A stretch of DNA of 64,000 nucleotides. Origin: Macrostomum lignano. Taxonomy: Eukaryota. Within the stretch, counting starts at the first letter, position 1; each line of letters starts with the position of its first letter. Both the position numbers and the translations under genes were made by a program. The stretch spans positions 605,626 through 669,625 of the forward strand of contig NIVC01000127.1 in the NCBI GenBank assembly GCA_002269645.1, read 5' to 3'. The notes beneath the pieces are model-generated. The model was not told the origin of the DNA and did no database searches. It was given only the letters and a program-made list of their open reading frames with translations. Below are positions 43,701 to 55,645 of this stretch, in pieces.

Positions 43701-44792
43701 AGATTCTGCAACACAGGGGCCAAAAAATATGGGGTGAATTCATTCTCTGCGATTTTTTTCACAATATGTGAATTCTAAAGCTTGGTAAATTCTGATACAT
43801 TACAGTAACTGGTTTTGAAGTTATGAGGGAAACAGCAAGGGGCCATGAAGTCATAAAGTAAAAGCATGAGGTCATGAGATACGAGCAGGAGGTCATGAGG
43901 TAGGAGTATGAGGTCATGAGGTTGGAGTATGACTTCATGATGTAGGAGTATGAAGTCATGAGGTAGGAGTATGACTTCATGATGTAGGAGTATGACTTCA
44001 TGATGTAGGAGTATGACTTCATGATGTAGGAGTATGAGGTCATGAGGTAGGAGTATGACTTCATGATGTAGGAGTATGACTTCATGATGTAGGAGTATGA
44101 CTTCATGATGTAGGAGTATGAGGTCATGAGGTCATGAGGTAGAATTATGATTTCATTATGTAGGAGTATGAGGTCATGAGCTAAGAGCATGAGGTCATAA
44201 AGCTAGGAACATGAGGTCAGAATGGGAGACGTCATGCTGATGTGTATTACACTCATCTATAAGCCAGAGCGCGACTCATCAATTGCGTCTTTTTTCAATT
44301 CTGTGGCAACGAGTGCACCATATTTGGCTAATGCGCGCACTGCATTAGAAAGTTAAGCGCTGCAAATGCGGAGTCCCAGTCAGCTCAAGGAAGACTTTTT
44401 ATCGTTTTCTTTTTCATTCAGATCGCTGAATGAATTTTAGTCACGCCCCAGTCACAGAGCGGCCCTGCTGTCGGGATTAATTCAATTGCTTTCGGCTTCA
44501 TCGAGTTTATCTGGCTTCATTTAGCCAGATCGAGTTTATTTGGTCTATTTTAGAATATTAAAGACTGAATAGACAGATAATTTTAGTCTGCAATTAATCT
44601 TGCGTTGAGAATTAACTTCTATGATTTGCTGCCGGCACGGCAAGGTTAAGCAAATTCGGCAGCGGTTAGCAACAAGCTGCTGTACAGGCAACGCGTCCGG
44701 GTACCCCGGGTTCGATTCCTATCCGAAGCATCAAATATCCCACTAAATTCCCGCCCCTCTCCAGGCGCAGGGCTGACGCTGATGAAGAGTGA
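37718..44792 (+). CDS. Neuropeptide-type prohormone, 158 aa, with nine FSAPxA(F/Y)DW copies; exons 37718-37806, 39206-39238, 39540-39575, 39770-39805, 42067-42102, 42204-42239, 42338-42373, 42481-42516, 43313-43348, 43448-43483, 43639-43677, 44765-44792
   Basis: Signal peptide MSHQRLIQALVFAALVALLVCQTEA. Every micro-exon is flanked by a pyrimidine tract plus AG and by GT(G/A/T)AG, and all are phase 2. Spliced product: ...DPAKKSASQHAAQRA-KR-FSAPRAFDW-KKKR-(FSAPQAFDW-[K/R]KR)x6-FSAPQAYDW-KKR-FSAPMAYDW-KKRR-ADADEE*. The first and last small exons are the least certain. Confidence 0.88.
37840..38595. repeat. 37-38 bp G-rich minisatellite (GGGGTGAGTGTTTGGCATGGGGAAGGGAGGGGTGGCT), ~20 copies, in the intron after the signal-peptide exon
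   Basis: Direct periodicity. Confidence 0.95.
39970..41945. repeat. 38-39 bp minisatellite (GATAGAATGGATTGCTAATCTAGCCTACACGGATAAAG), ~50 copies, intronic
   Basis: Units at 39971, 40009 and so on; lies between micro-exons 39770-39805 and 42067-42102. Confidence 0.96.
42560..43150. repeat. Degenerate 12-bp repeat (ACC(A/G)GGGACA(A/G)C), intronic
   Basis: Direct observation within intron 42517-43312; the source of the spurious PGTT/PGVV ORFs. Confidence 0.9.
43850..44215. repeat. 21-bp repeat (GTAGGAGTATGACTTCATGAT)
   Basis: Direct periodicity. Confidence 0.9.
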
Positions 44793-45204
44793 GCAGCCAG
44801 GAGCTGAAAGCCGAGGACAAACGGATGGCCTGGATGACGCCAGCAACATTAACATTGGACCGGACCATCAGACGCATGTCAGAGATGATAAAAAATATTT
44901 TAAGAATCAGCCCACTTATATTAATCTCACTTTTGTTCCAAGCGCTTTGAATGTCCTTCGCGAACTAAGTGTAAACCCCCAGCAGTAACCACAGTTACAC
45001 CTGCCATCAAGTGTCCGCAACAATTCCACAGAGAAATAAAGCTTAACAACTCATTGACAAGCAGCGGAAAGCCGTCACTGCCGCAAAAATACGGAGTCTT
45101 ATTAAATATAAAACAATATCTATATAATTATTGTTCAATGTTGACTTTTCTGCCAAAGCAGTACTAAAGGTTTGAGTGAGGAGTCTGAAGAGTCATCTCG
45201 GGGA

Positions 45205-45755
45205 TGCTCCACATTGAGGATTCCCCTCTCCGAGGATTTCCCACACCGAGGATTCCCACACTGAGGATTTCCCACACTGAGGATTCTCCACAATGAGGAT
45301 TCCCCTTACTGAGGATTCCTCACACTGAGGATTCCCTTCACTGAGGATTCTTTCACTGAGGATTCCCCCACCCAGAGGATTACCCTCACTAACTATTCCC
45401 TTACGCCGAGGATTCCCCACGCCGAGGATTCTTCACACTGAGGATTCCCCACACTGAGGATTCTCCCACCCAGAGGATTATCCTCACTAACTATTCCCCC
45501 ACGCCGAGGATTCCCCACGCCGAGGATTCTTCACACTGAGGATTCCCCACACTGAGGATTCTCCCACCCAGAGGATTATCCTCACTAACTATTCCCCCAC
45601 GCCGAGGATTCCCCACACTGAGGATTCCCCCACCCAGAGGATTACCCTCACTAACTATTCCCCCACACCGAGGATTCTCCACATCGAGGATTCCCTACAT
45701 TGAGAATTCCCCACATTGAGGATTCCCCACTGACTATTCCCGAACACTGAGGATA
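45205..45755. repeat. Degenerate ~19-bp repeat (ACTGAGGATTCCCCAC) with higher-order blocks
   Basis: Recurring GAGGATT motif. Confidence 0.88.
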
Positions 45756-46309
45756 AGATTGACAGCTACTCCTAAAAGGGTCCCTACTATTTAGCCAGAA
45801 ACAGAGCAAGATCGGCAGTGCCCACATAGACCATTTTTACCAATGTCATTTGGCTCTCACAGCTCCGGCAGTCCATCAATCAATCAATCAATCAATTCGC
45901 GAGTTATCAATAGATCCGGTGCCCAGTCGAACCGCAGCAGCCCCCCCCCCTCCCAGACTGTCTCATGTAATATTAACTAGCGGGCAGCTCTGAAGAGCTA
46001 GGCTAGGTGGAGGTCCAAAGTGCACAGCCCAGTTACAAGCTGGCCCGCACGAAGTGGAGAAATCTGTTCCTTTTCTCTAGACACTATTTGCTAGCCGCTG
46101 TCGCGTCCTGCATAATTTATGCTAATTAAACGAAACGCTTTTTACGAAGAATTTTGTTCAAGCGCGCGACTGCAATTAAGTAGCCGTGCTCATGGAACCA
46201 CTGCGTGTGTGCTCACACTGTGAGCTGCTGTCGTCGCTAAATTTAACACCGCTTTTCCCCGTCACTCTTAGGTAACCGTTTGTTAAATTAGGTAATGAGT
46301 TGGTGAGTT

Positions 46310-46965
46310 CTGTATTCAGATAGGTGAATTTCTATATTCAGATAGGTGAATTTCTGTATTCAGATTGGGGAATTCTGTATTCAGATTGGGGAATTCTGTA
46401 TTCAGATTGGGGAATTCTGTATTCAGATTGGTGAATTCTGTATTCAGATTGGGGAATTCTGTATTCAGATTGGGGAATTCTGTATTCAGATTGGGGAATT
46501 CTGTATTCAGATTGGGGAATTCTGTATTCAGATTGGTGAATTCTGTATTCAGATTGGGGAATTCTGTATTCAGATTGGGGAATTCTGTATTCAGATTGGT
46601 GAATTCTGTATTCAGATTGGGGAATTCTGTATTCAGATTGGGGAATTCTGTATTCAGATTGGGGAATTCTGTATTCAGATTGGGGAATTCTGTATTCAGA
46701 TTGGGGAATTCTGTATTCAGATTGGTGAATTCTGTATTCAGATTGGGGAATTCTGTATTCAGATTGGGGAATTCTGTATTCAGATTGGGGAATTCTGTGT
46801 ATTCGCATTGGTGAATTCTGTATTCAGATTGGGGAATTCTGTATTCAGATTGGTGAATTCTGTATTCAGATTGGGGAATTCTGTATTCAGATTGGGGAAT
46901 TCTGTATTCAGATTGGGGAATTCTGTATTCACATTGGTGAATTCTGTATTCAGATTGGTGAATTT
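46310..46965. repeat. 21-bp minisatellite (ATTGGGGAATTCTGTATTCAG), ~31 copies
   Basis: Near-perfect periodicity. Confidence 0.97.
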
Positions 46966-47430
46966 AGGGTGGATATTCGAATTTATATCTACGCAAATAA
47001 AAATAAATCAAAACCCTGATCATTATAACAGCGAATCAATTGTTTACAATGATCAATTAGACTAGAAAATTATTGAATAAAAATCAGTTAACTTGGGGTA
47101 CAAGTATATTGTCCCGTATCGTTTGCTAGTTAGATCAAAATTCAACTACTTACGACAAAGAATATCAGTTTAAAAAATCGATACAGACTACTTCGTTCGT
47201 AAGTAGCACACTGTTACAGAAACAAATAAATCAACTAGAACATTTTTGTCAATTTGTTCCAGTCGGTAAATCAATGAAACCAAGGTAAATAGGAATTTCC
47301 GTATTCTATTTGGGAATTGGGGACGGGGTGGCAGCCCACTAGAGGATCTTAGGACGGGTGGCAGCCCTTGAGAGGGGGTGGCAACCCTGGGGAGGGGTGG
47401 CATCCCACCAGAGCATTTAGGGAGGGGTGG

Positions 47431-47768
47431 CACAAGGACCACTGTAGTATAACAGGATGTAAAACCCAAAAAATCGCGGAGAGGAAAAACTCATTTTCAT
47501 AAAAAAGCAATGATTGCAAATATTTTGGGGCAGTGAATATTACCATTCTTTTGATTTAACGTGCAAAATTTGATTTATTTTGTTGTTGACCGACCTAGTC
47601 TTTAGCAACTTATCAATTTTAAAGCCAAGGCCTTAGTACAAACGCACTTAATTCAACAAGGAACAATATGAAATTGAAACTTCAACGGTGTAATCTTTTT
47701 AGGAAATCGGCCTCCAAAAATGACACGACCTTCAAGTCTTGCGTCCTGTTATACTACAGAGGTTTTTG
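47431..47768. mobile_element. MITE with terminal inverted repeats (CTGTAGTATAACAGGA / TCCTGTTATACTACAG)
   Basis: Perfect 16-bp inverted repeat at 47442 and ending at 47759; internal sequence shared with 53494-53949. Confidence 0.72.
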
Positions 47769-47847
47769 GGGGGGGGCGGCAGGCAAGGCACGACTTTGGA
47801 TAACCACAAAAGCAGCACGCGGATAGAAGTTATTGAGCGGCGCCAGC

Positions 47848-49216
47848 TCAGCGCGCAGTCGTGCACTCGCGCGCCCAGCCGGCGCACAGATCGGCCATTT
47901 CAACTGAATGCTCCAGCACGAAGGCGTGGGCAACGTCGCCTTCGTCTAGTCTGGCGTCGACCTCCGGGCAGCTTCGACGCATGTCAGCGAAGTATTCGGT
48001 GGGACACCAGTGATCGTCAGTGCCGTAGTACAGCAGGATCCGCTGGCTGTGCTGCCTGATGGTGGCCAAGTCCGGCTGGCGGACGTCCTGCATCTCCGTG
48101 TGCGCCATGTACAGCACGTTGCCAAGGACGCTAGGCGATAGCAACAGGCGCTCAGTGGCCGCCACGGCGCCCGGGTTGGCGTTAGAATGGCCAACTGCGC
48201 TGAGACAGCGCGCGGCGAAGCCCCGGCGCCAGGCCAGAGGAATCAGCAGAGACAGCAGGGCGACCAGCGCCATGGCCAGCCAGCGGAGCGGCGCCAGCGA
48301 CAGCAGCGGAGCGACGATGCGGCCCTGCGGCGATTCGCGCATCCGCTCGATGGTGGGGAACAGCAGCAGGCAGCGGGCCACCCTGTCGGTGCCGCGGGCT
48401 TGGCGACGAAGCAGCTCCAGGATCATCTGGCACCCGATTGAGTGCCCGATCAGTACCATGTTGGCCTGCAATGCCGTGCATCAGACACTGGGGCTCCTGA
48501 AGTATGGAGATCTGGGATACTGGGGCTCCTGAAGTATGGGGATCTGGGACACTGGGGCTCCTGAAGTATGGGGATCTGGGACACTGGGGCTCCTGAAGTA
48601 TGGGGAGCTGGGAGACTGGGGCTCCTGAAGTATGGGGATCTGGGAGACTGGGGCTCCTGAAGTATGGGGATCTGGGAGACTGGGGCTCCTGAAGTATGGG
48701 GATCTGGGAGACCAGGGCTCCTGAAGTATGGAGATCTGGGAGACCAGGGCTCCTGAAGTATGGGGATCTGGGATACTGAGCTTCCTGTAACATGGGGATT
48801 TGGGAGTCTGTGGAGATTTTCAAAGCCAGTCATTTGGGGTTGAGAAAGTCCACTGAGAAAACCGAGTGATTACATACAAAATAACTTGGATAGCAGATCA
48901 AAGTGAGGCTAAAACGTCTTACATCTTCAGGCAGAGCAGTTTCCAGGAATTTTACTTTGTGTTCAACTTGCTCAGCAAGAGAAAACTTCTTGCTAGAATT
49001 GAAGGAGTTTCCATGGCCACGATGGCTCAGAGCCCAGACATGGACTTGGCCATCTAGTTTTGTCCAGAGAGAGTGCATGAATTCTTCATAGTAACCCACT
49101 ATTCCTGGATTTCCTGGAATCACAATGGCATACCAGTTGCTATCTAGAGCATCCAACTTATATAAAGAGGCCTCTGACTCAAGATGCCTCATTTTAGGTG
49201 AAACTTCAGGTGGCAT
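47848..49216 (-). CDS. LDAH: Lipid droplet-associated hydrolase (alpha/beta hydrolase), ~303 aa; exons 49216-48923, 48465-47848
   Basis: IPGNPG..YY.EF motif, SHRGH, FSLAEQVEHKV.F, nucleophile GHSIG and LLFPTIERMRESPQG; phase-0 GT-AG intron. Confidence 0.92.
48485..48800. repeat. 32-bp intronic minisatellite (GGGGCTCCTGAAGTATGGGGATCTGGGAGACT), ~10 copies
   Basis: Direct periodicity in the LDAH intron. Confidence 0.94.
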
Positions 49217-51650
49217 TGACAGAAGTTTTGGCTGAATTGAGCATGAAATTATAGGAAAAACCTTTTTTGAACAAAGACAAATAAAATTTATTATTTTTTT
49301 ATTATAATATTAATTAAATCATATTTAACCAGTAAATTGTCATTTTAAAGAGCATTCTATAAGAATTTTCTCTAAAAAATAACAATAGTGATTGAATATA
49401 TAAAACTTTCTACCTATTTATATACATTAATTATAAAAGTTTTTTCTCATTACCCAATAGGGGCATAGATTTCCAGTATATAAATTTTTACCTATTAATA
49501 CTAACTATACTAGCTGTCCATACTATAAGAATAAAAATACAATTTATTTAAGCCTATACAAACATAAACATAAAAAATCACTACTTTTAAGTCTAAGGAG
49601 CTGATGTCATTAATTATTTTAAGAAGTAAAAAATATAGGAAAATTTTAGACCTTGATGCCTTAAGGTCTAAAGCCTACTAAACAAGGATTTAATCTTCTA
49701 GTAATCCCCTAGTATGGTGTTGAAAGTGTTACTAAGAAACAAGATGCATTGCTATCAGATTTGATTTTTTGTTGTGTGGATTATGTTTAGCTACCATCTT
49801 TCGTGATCCTTGGCATATGTAAAAAAGACATAATATATAAATCTGATTCATATTCGACGGTATTCCATTTTAAAAAAAGCAACAATGTCACAAAGACGCA
49901 TATGATTTATGAATCTAAGAAGGTATAACTCAACTGTAAGTTAGATAAAAATAAAGAAGCTAAAATTGCAAGAGTTAAGCTTAGGTTAATTCAACGCTCA
50001 TAATTTTTTTATTTTTTTTACAGAAAATTTCTGGTACAATCTTACAATCTTCAACATCAATGCTCATTTTTACCTTTACACAAACTTGTGTGACAGCAGT
50101 GTGCTTCGTTTCGTCTTATTCATCACAACATGGCACGATTCTTGTAAAATGCTGCTTTTAAAGTTTTATTAAAAAGTACGTAGCATAACAAAGTTATTAC
50201 ATTTAAGTCTCAAACTAAGATTAAAATTTGTACTTAACTGCAAACAGATTTGCTTTGTGTATATATATTGAGTAAAGTTTTTTTTAGCAGAAAGTATTGC
50301 TTCAAAAATGTTACCCTTTGACAATTTAAGTTTCAAAATTCTTTCGGATTTGTATCTAAACTAAAGGTTTACAACATCGATCATAGTTTTATTTCCTTCT
50401 CGTTTTAATAGCTTATTGGCTTTAGCTTTAAATGCTTTATTAGGAGAAGTGCATTGCATAACATTCTCTCATTTTTTATGTTTAACTTATGGATAGAGTA
50501 GTTTTGTAGCGGAACTTCAAAATTAGCTGGGGTAGTACATTAGATAACTTTTGCTGTTTGTTAGCTCACGCTCATATTGAAAAAACTTTTTCTTTGATTT
50601 CTGACTTCTTGACAGCTCTTTTAACTAATGGAGAAGGGCCGGACGGATGAAGAATGTTAGCATTAGCTAGAATCGCTTGAGTTCCGCAATTAAAAATGGC
50701 ACTTAAAATGTGATTAGGACAGTTTCGCAGACAAATTAATGCACACAGCTTATGTTCCCATTTGTTTACAGTTTGTTCGTACAGCAGAAAAATCATTTTT
50801 TTTGTACTTATGATTATAGTTTATGGCTGTAAGCAATACAATATTATATGCACGAGTATATTATATGCAGTTTGTTGCTCGCTCATCAATTTTCAACGAG
50901 GTTTATTTTTATAACTGATAGTGATTTTTAAAATATTAAATCTGCCTTTTTAATCCAAAAAGTAAGAATACAGTTTATACTTCTTTCTTTTTCTTTCTTT
51001 TATTCGCAATCGCAATTTTCTTTATTCTAAATAGCTAACTGTACTAGAATCCTTTCTTAAAATAACTTTATATCTATTAAGTAGTTTTTAGCGATTAGAT
51101 TAGATTTATATAGTATATACATATTTAAATAGTACTTCCTCGTTTTTAGTCGACTGCTCAAGCAAATTGTCGATTTCATTCGGTCTCAGACTCCATTCCG
51201 CTGCTTCGGTTGCCGTTGACATGATACTTACTAAATCAATTAAACTGAGTCGCTCCGCCGCTTGATTATTTAATTTAAGCAGTGTGAAAGTAAAAACTTT
51301 AAAACTCCAGGAGAAAGAAATACTAATTTAGGAGTCTATGACTACCTAAGAATTTTGGTACACAGAAGGGCCGGTATATAGCAGATGGTCTCGCACCAGA
51401 GTATTTTAATATAAACTATATGAAATTCCCAAAAGAAATAGTAGAATATCATGACCGTCTTGGATGCTGACGACTTGCCATATCTTGCTCAGTTCAGATG
51501 AAGAAAAAGTAAATAAGACTTCTGGTAAATTATCTGAAATACATTTCATTTCATTGCTTTGACTTTCCACTTACTGCATGCACAGCCAAAATAGCCGCAC
51601 CCATTACTGACAGTAGTAGCAGAAACAGAAGCTAACCCCCGACAGCTGTC

Positions 51651-54600
51651 ATGACGTCGCCCAGGTCTCAGTCTCGCGGCGGCATTCTGCCGCATCTGCG
51701 CACAACTTACGACGACTCTTACCAGCCAACGGTGCGCTACGCTGGCGGCGGCGGCGGCGGCGGCGGCAACCGCCTGGAGGATCTGGAGGCCCGCCTGGTG
51801 CAGGCTGAGAGTTCGCTGCGTAGCCTGCTGGAGAAGTCTGTGAAAATGAAGTCGGAAATCATGGAGAACATGACGTACACGCACGGCTCTTGGCAGGAGG
51901 AGAAGGACGCTCGAGAGTTGCTGCAGGATCACATAAAAACTGTCACTGCGGTTGTCAAACAGATGGGCAAGGATATCAAGGTAAAGGTTTGCCTTAGTTG
52001 GCACTAACAAGGTTTTATATGGAAAATCAATAATTTTTTATAACCCAACAATATACTAACTTCATTACTAACATGGAAAGCTTTTCAAATTTCTAATGCC
52101 TATGCTAAAAACAATCCTTTCAGACCAGAACCGCGATTACAAGGTAATTCTCGAGCTGATACGCTCGCAGTTCAATAGCACAGCAAAGTTGATGTTGTAG
52201 AAAGTCAGGCTTCAGTGGAAAAATTTGTATGGGTTAACGGGCTTTGTGTCCAGTTTATTTTTCTGTCAGTTTTCTTGTCCTTTGTCGCTTAATCGGTTAA
52301 TTTAGCTCGTAAGATACTATCGAGCACTGTTTTCTGTTAAAGTTCTTTCCAAAAATAGAAACAGGTGCTATGAGTCGCTTTTGTGCAATCTAAAAATAGA
52401 AACAGGTGCTATGAGTCACTTTTGTGCAATCTAAAAATAGAAACAGGTGCTATGAGTCACTTTTGTGCAATCTAAAAATAGAAATTTCGCTTTTGAAAGT
52501 CACAACTGCTCGCTTATAAATGATCTAAAACCAGTTCTCGAGCAAATTTTCAAACTTGAATAGTGATTCCCTCCATATCGCATGTGCATCATTCTTTAAT
52601 ATTTTAAGAAACTATGAAGCACGACAGCATTGTTGTGAAACGAAATAATTTTGCATGAAACAAAAGGAATATTTTTTTCTCTTTTCTCCGCACACTACGA
52701 GTATGTGTTTTTGAATAGAGTATAAAGTCTGATTTCTGTTGTTATCTTGTCTTTCTGATAACTGAACTCGCAGGAACTTAACGTGTTGATAGTATATCTG
52801 CTTAATCTGCTTACTTTTTCATTCTTGGGCGCGGTGCTCTACTTTAAACTTTCAAATTATTACTCTCATTGTTTCAACACAAAAGTTTACTGTTGTCCAC
52901 TATGGTCACGTGGTTCTGGGTCAAAACTATAAGTTTGCGTTTGGCAGTCGTAAAAAGACGCCCGCTCCACCAATGACAATTTAGCACCTGGAAGACGAGA
53001 TCAAGCAACGCGACCAGGGCATCACGGGCCAAAGCACGGCGCTTAAAACCCTGGAGACGCACCACGTGGCCGGCATCACGGATCTGCGCGGCCGAGTCGC
53101 CCGCTGCGACGCCTCAATCGGCAAGCTGGCGGCCGACCTGAAGCAGAACGGCGAGACCGTCAGGATGCTGTCGCAGAGCGAAAACGAGGAGCATCAGCGG
53201 CTGAAGGACCGGCTGGCGCAGATGGAGCGCAGCATGGCTGAGCTGCACAGCTTCATGGAGCGAGTCGGCATGGAGAACACCATGCAGGTCAAAGCCTCCG
53301 AAGAGACCAGCAGCAAGAATATCAGCCAGCTGGACGTGAAGACTCGCCAGGTGATCGCCGAACTGACTCACCAGCTGGAGAACCTCAGCAAGCACGTGAA
53401 TGCCGAAGTTGAGAAGCTGGAGACCCGCGTGTACGCCTACCTGGACAAGCACATCGCTGCCCGAGATGCTCGGATGGTCAGTGCTGGGCATGTCACAAGG
53501 ACCTCTGTAGTATATCAGGACGTTAAAACTCAAAGATTGTGTACTTCATTGGTGGCCGATTTCCTGGAAATGTAGTATATCAGGACCTGAAACTCAAAGA
53601 TTGTGTACTTCATTGGTGGCCGATTTCCTGGAAATGTAGTATAGCAGGACGTGAAACTCAAAGATTGTGTACTTTATTGGAGGCCGATTTCCTGGAAATG
53701 TAGTATAGCAGGACGTGAAACTCAAAGATTGTGTACTTTATTGGAGGCCGATTTCCTGGAAATGTAGTATAGCAGGACGTTACCTTTAAAGTAAAGGTAA
53801 TATTCACTGCCCCAGATCAATTGCAATCATTGATTTTGTGATGAAAAACAATTTTTTTCGTATATCCGCAGTGTATTTTTTCAGAAAATCGGCCTCCTAA
53901 AAATGACAAGATCTTTGAGTTTAGCGTCCTGCTATACTACAGTCCTTGACCTGAGCCCATGCCATTCACAGATATTAATTTATTGCTGACTCATTCGAGC
54001 TGATTTTGTTTGACTTTGCTGCATTAAATTCAAATTTTGCAGGATAAGATCGAGGCCGATCACCTGGACTTTGAGAAGAGCATGTTTGCCCGACTGGCAG
54101 CGCTGGAGGAGGACCATCAGAAGCACAAGAGCACCACCGCCAGGGCACATCAGGTGATGCACGGGACTGCTGTCTTCACTGTGCACTGGGTGGACTTCCC
54201 CATTCACAAGTCGCGATTCCCCCATAAACCTTCAGTCATTCACCATAAGCTAGTTGTGATTCCCTATCAACTCCATGTAATTCTCTCATGGACTACTCGT
54301 CATCTCCCTTGAGCTACTTTTTATTCTCCTTTAACCCATCATTCCGCAATAAACTAGTCGTGATTCACAAATAAACTACCCGTCATTCTCCAATAAACTG
54401 CCCGTCATTCCTGAATAAACTACCCGTCATTCTCCAATAAACTACCCGTCATTCTCTAATAAACTGCCCGTCATTCCTGAATAAACTACCCGTCATTCTC
54501 CAATAAACTACCCGTCATTCTCTAATAAACTAACGGTCATTCTCTTATAAACTACCTGTTATTCAACAATAAACTACCCGTCATTTAACAATAAACTACC

Positions 54601-55027
54601 CGTCATTTCCCAATAAACTACCCGTCATTTCCCAATAAACTACTGGTCACTTTCTAATAAACTACCTGTCATTCTCTAATAAACTTCCTATGATTCCCCG
54701 ATAAACTAGCTCACTATTCTCCAGATTCAGTTTACAACTGAAGAATTTTATTCAACAATTGACAAGTTAAAAAGCAGATCCCAGCAGCAATTCCGAACCG
54801 CCCACCCGCAGGAGCTGGAGTCCAAAGTGCAGCAGTTCTACGACAGCTTCTACCGAGCTCAGAACTCCGAGCTGGTGAAGCTCAAGCGGGAGCTGCGCGA
54901 AGGCTTCTCAACAGTGCACGAGACTGTGAGCAGCATGCGCTCAGTGACGGAGGGCAAGATCAAACTGCTGGAAGAGTCGCTCCGCAAAGACATCGCCCAG
55001 ATACGCAAGATGGTTGTCCTCATCTGA
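51651..55027 (+). CDS. FAM81A: FAM81-family coiled-coil protein, ~382 aa; exons 51651-51980, 52985-53476, 54043-54153, 54812-55027 (alternative in-frame acceptor 54725)
   Basis: HIKTVTAVVKQMGKDIK...ALKTLE...ITDLRGRVARCDASI matches the FAM81 signature DLRGRVARCDASI, and the C-terminal LREGFSTVHET is FAM81-like. The A versus B paralog assignment is not resolvable. Confidence 0.88.
52354..52485. repeat. 41-bp repeat, ~3 copies
   Basis: AAAATAGAAACAGGTGCTATGAGTCACTTTTGTGCAATCTA tandem. Confidence 0.9.
53494..53949. mobile_element. MITE of the same family as 47431-47768; its left end is amplified as ~4 tandem 64-bp units (53505-53780)
   Basis: The units begin TGTAGTAT(A/G)(T/G)CAGGACG and are the reverse complement of the right end (...GCGTCCTGCTATACTACAG, ending at 53942). 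Confidence 0.72.
54345..54705. repeat. 22-bp intronic repeat (AATAAACTACCCGTCATTCTCC)
   Basis: Direct periodicity. Confidence 0.9.
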
Positions 55028-55461
55028 GATGCTGGGATGTTGATTTTACAATACAACACAGAGCGCATATTAAATATAGGATTTTTGACACATTGAAATC
55101 CTGTTGTGCAAATCACGATTTTCCAGGATATACTCAAATATGACTGCTACTATTTTATGGTACTAACAGTAGTATGTAAGCGCTCTTGTTTAAGAAAAGT
55201 TATTTTGATATTTGTATCAACTTTCTCTACATTTGCAGTTTTCTAAATTTATCGAAATGGCTAACTGCTCACCCAGATTACAAGTTGACTCAAGTTTGAG
55301 TCCAATCAGAGATAAAGTCCGTGTTTATTATATGCGTGTTATCTGTGATAAAATATCATTTTTTAATAACTGCGATTTCCAATTCTCTGACGGACTTACG
55401 AGCTGCTCAAGTTGAAGGTCGCCTGCACACCCAAATATTGTGAGTTGCATTGCAGGTCTCA

Positions 55462-55645
55462 GTTTCCCTAGCCAATCGCATTGTCGGGATGCGTCACGTG
55501 ACGAAGTTTCCGTAGCCAATCGCATTGTCGGGATGCGTCACGTGACGAAGTTTCCTTAGCCAATAGCATGTCAGAATGCGTCACGTGACGAAGTTTCCTT
55601 AGCCAATAGCATTGTCGGAATGCGTCACGTGACGAAGTTTCCGTC
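55462..55645. promoter_or_regulatory. Four 44-bp tandem units, each with a CCAAT box and the palindrome CGTCACGTGACG, upstream of CCDC34
   Basis: Palindromes at 55492, 55536, 55579 and 55623; GCCAAT lies ~20 bp before each. A regulatory function is inferred only. Confidence 0.45.

Noticed and set aside
44650-44725. tRNA-like sequence (GGCAGCGGTTAGC...GGGTTCGATTCC)
   Set aside because: Degenerate, with no convincing cloverleaf; at most a decayed SINE head.
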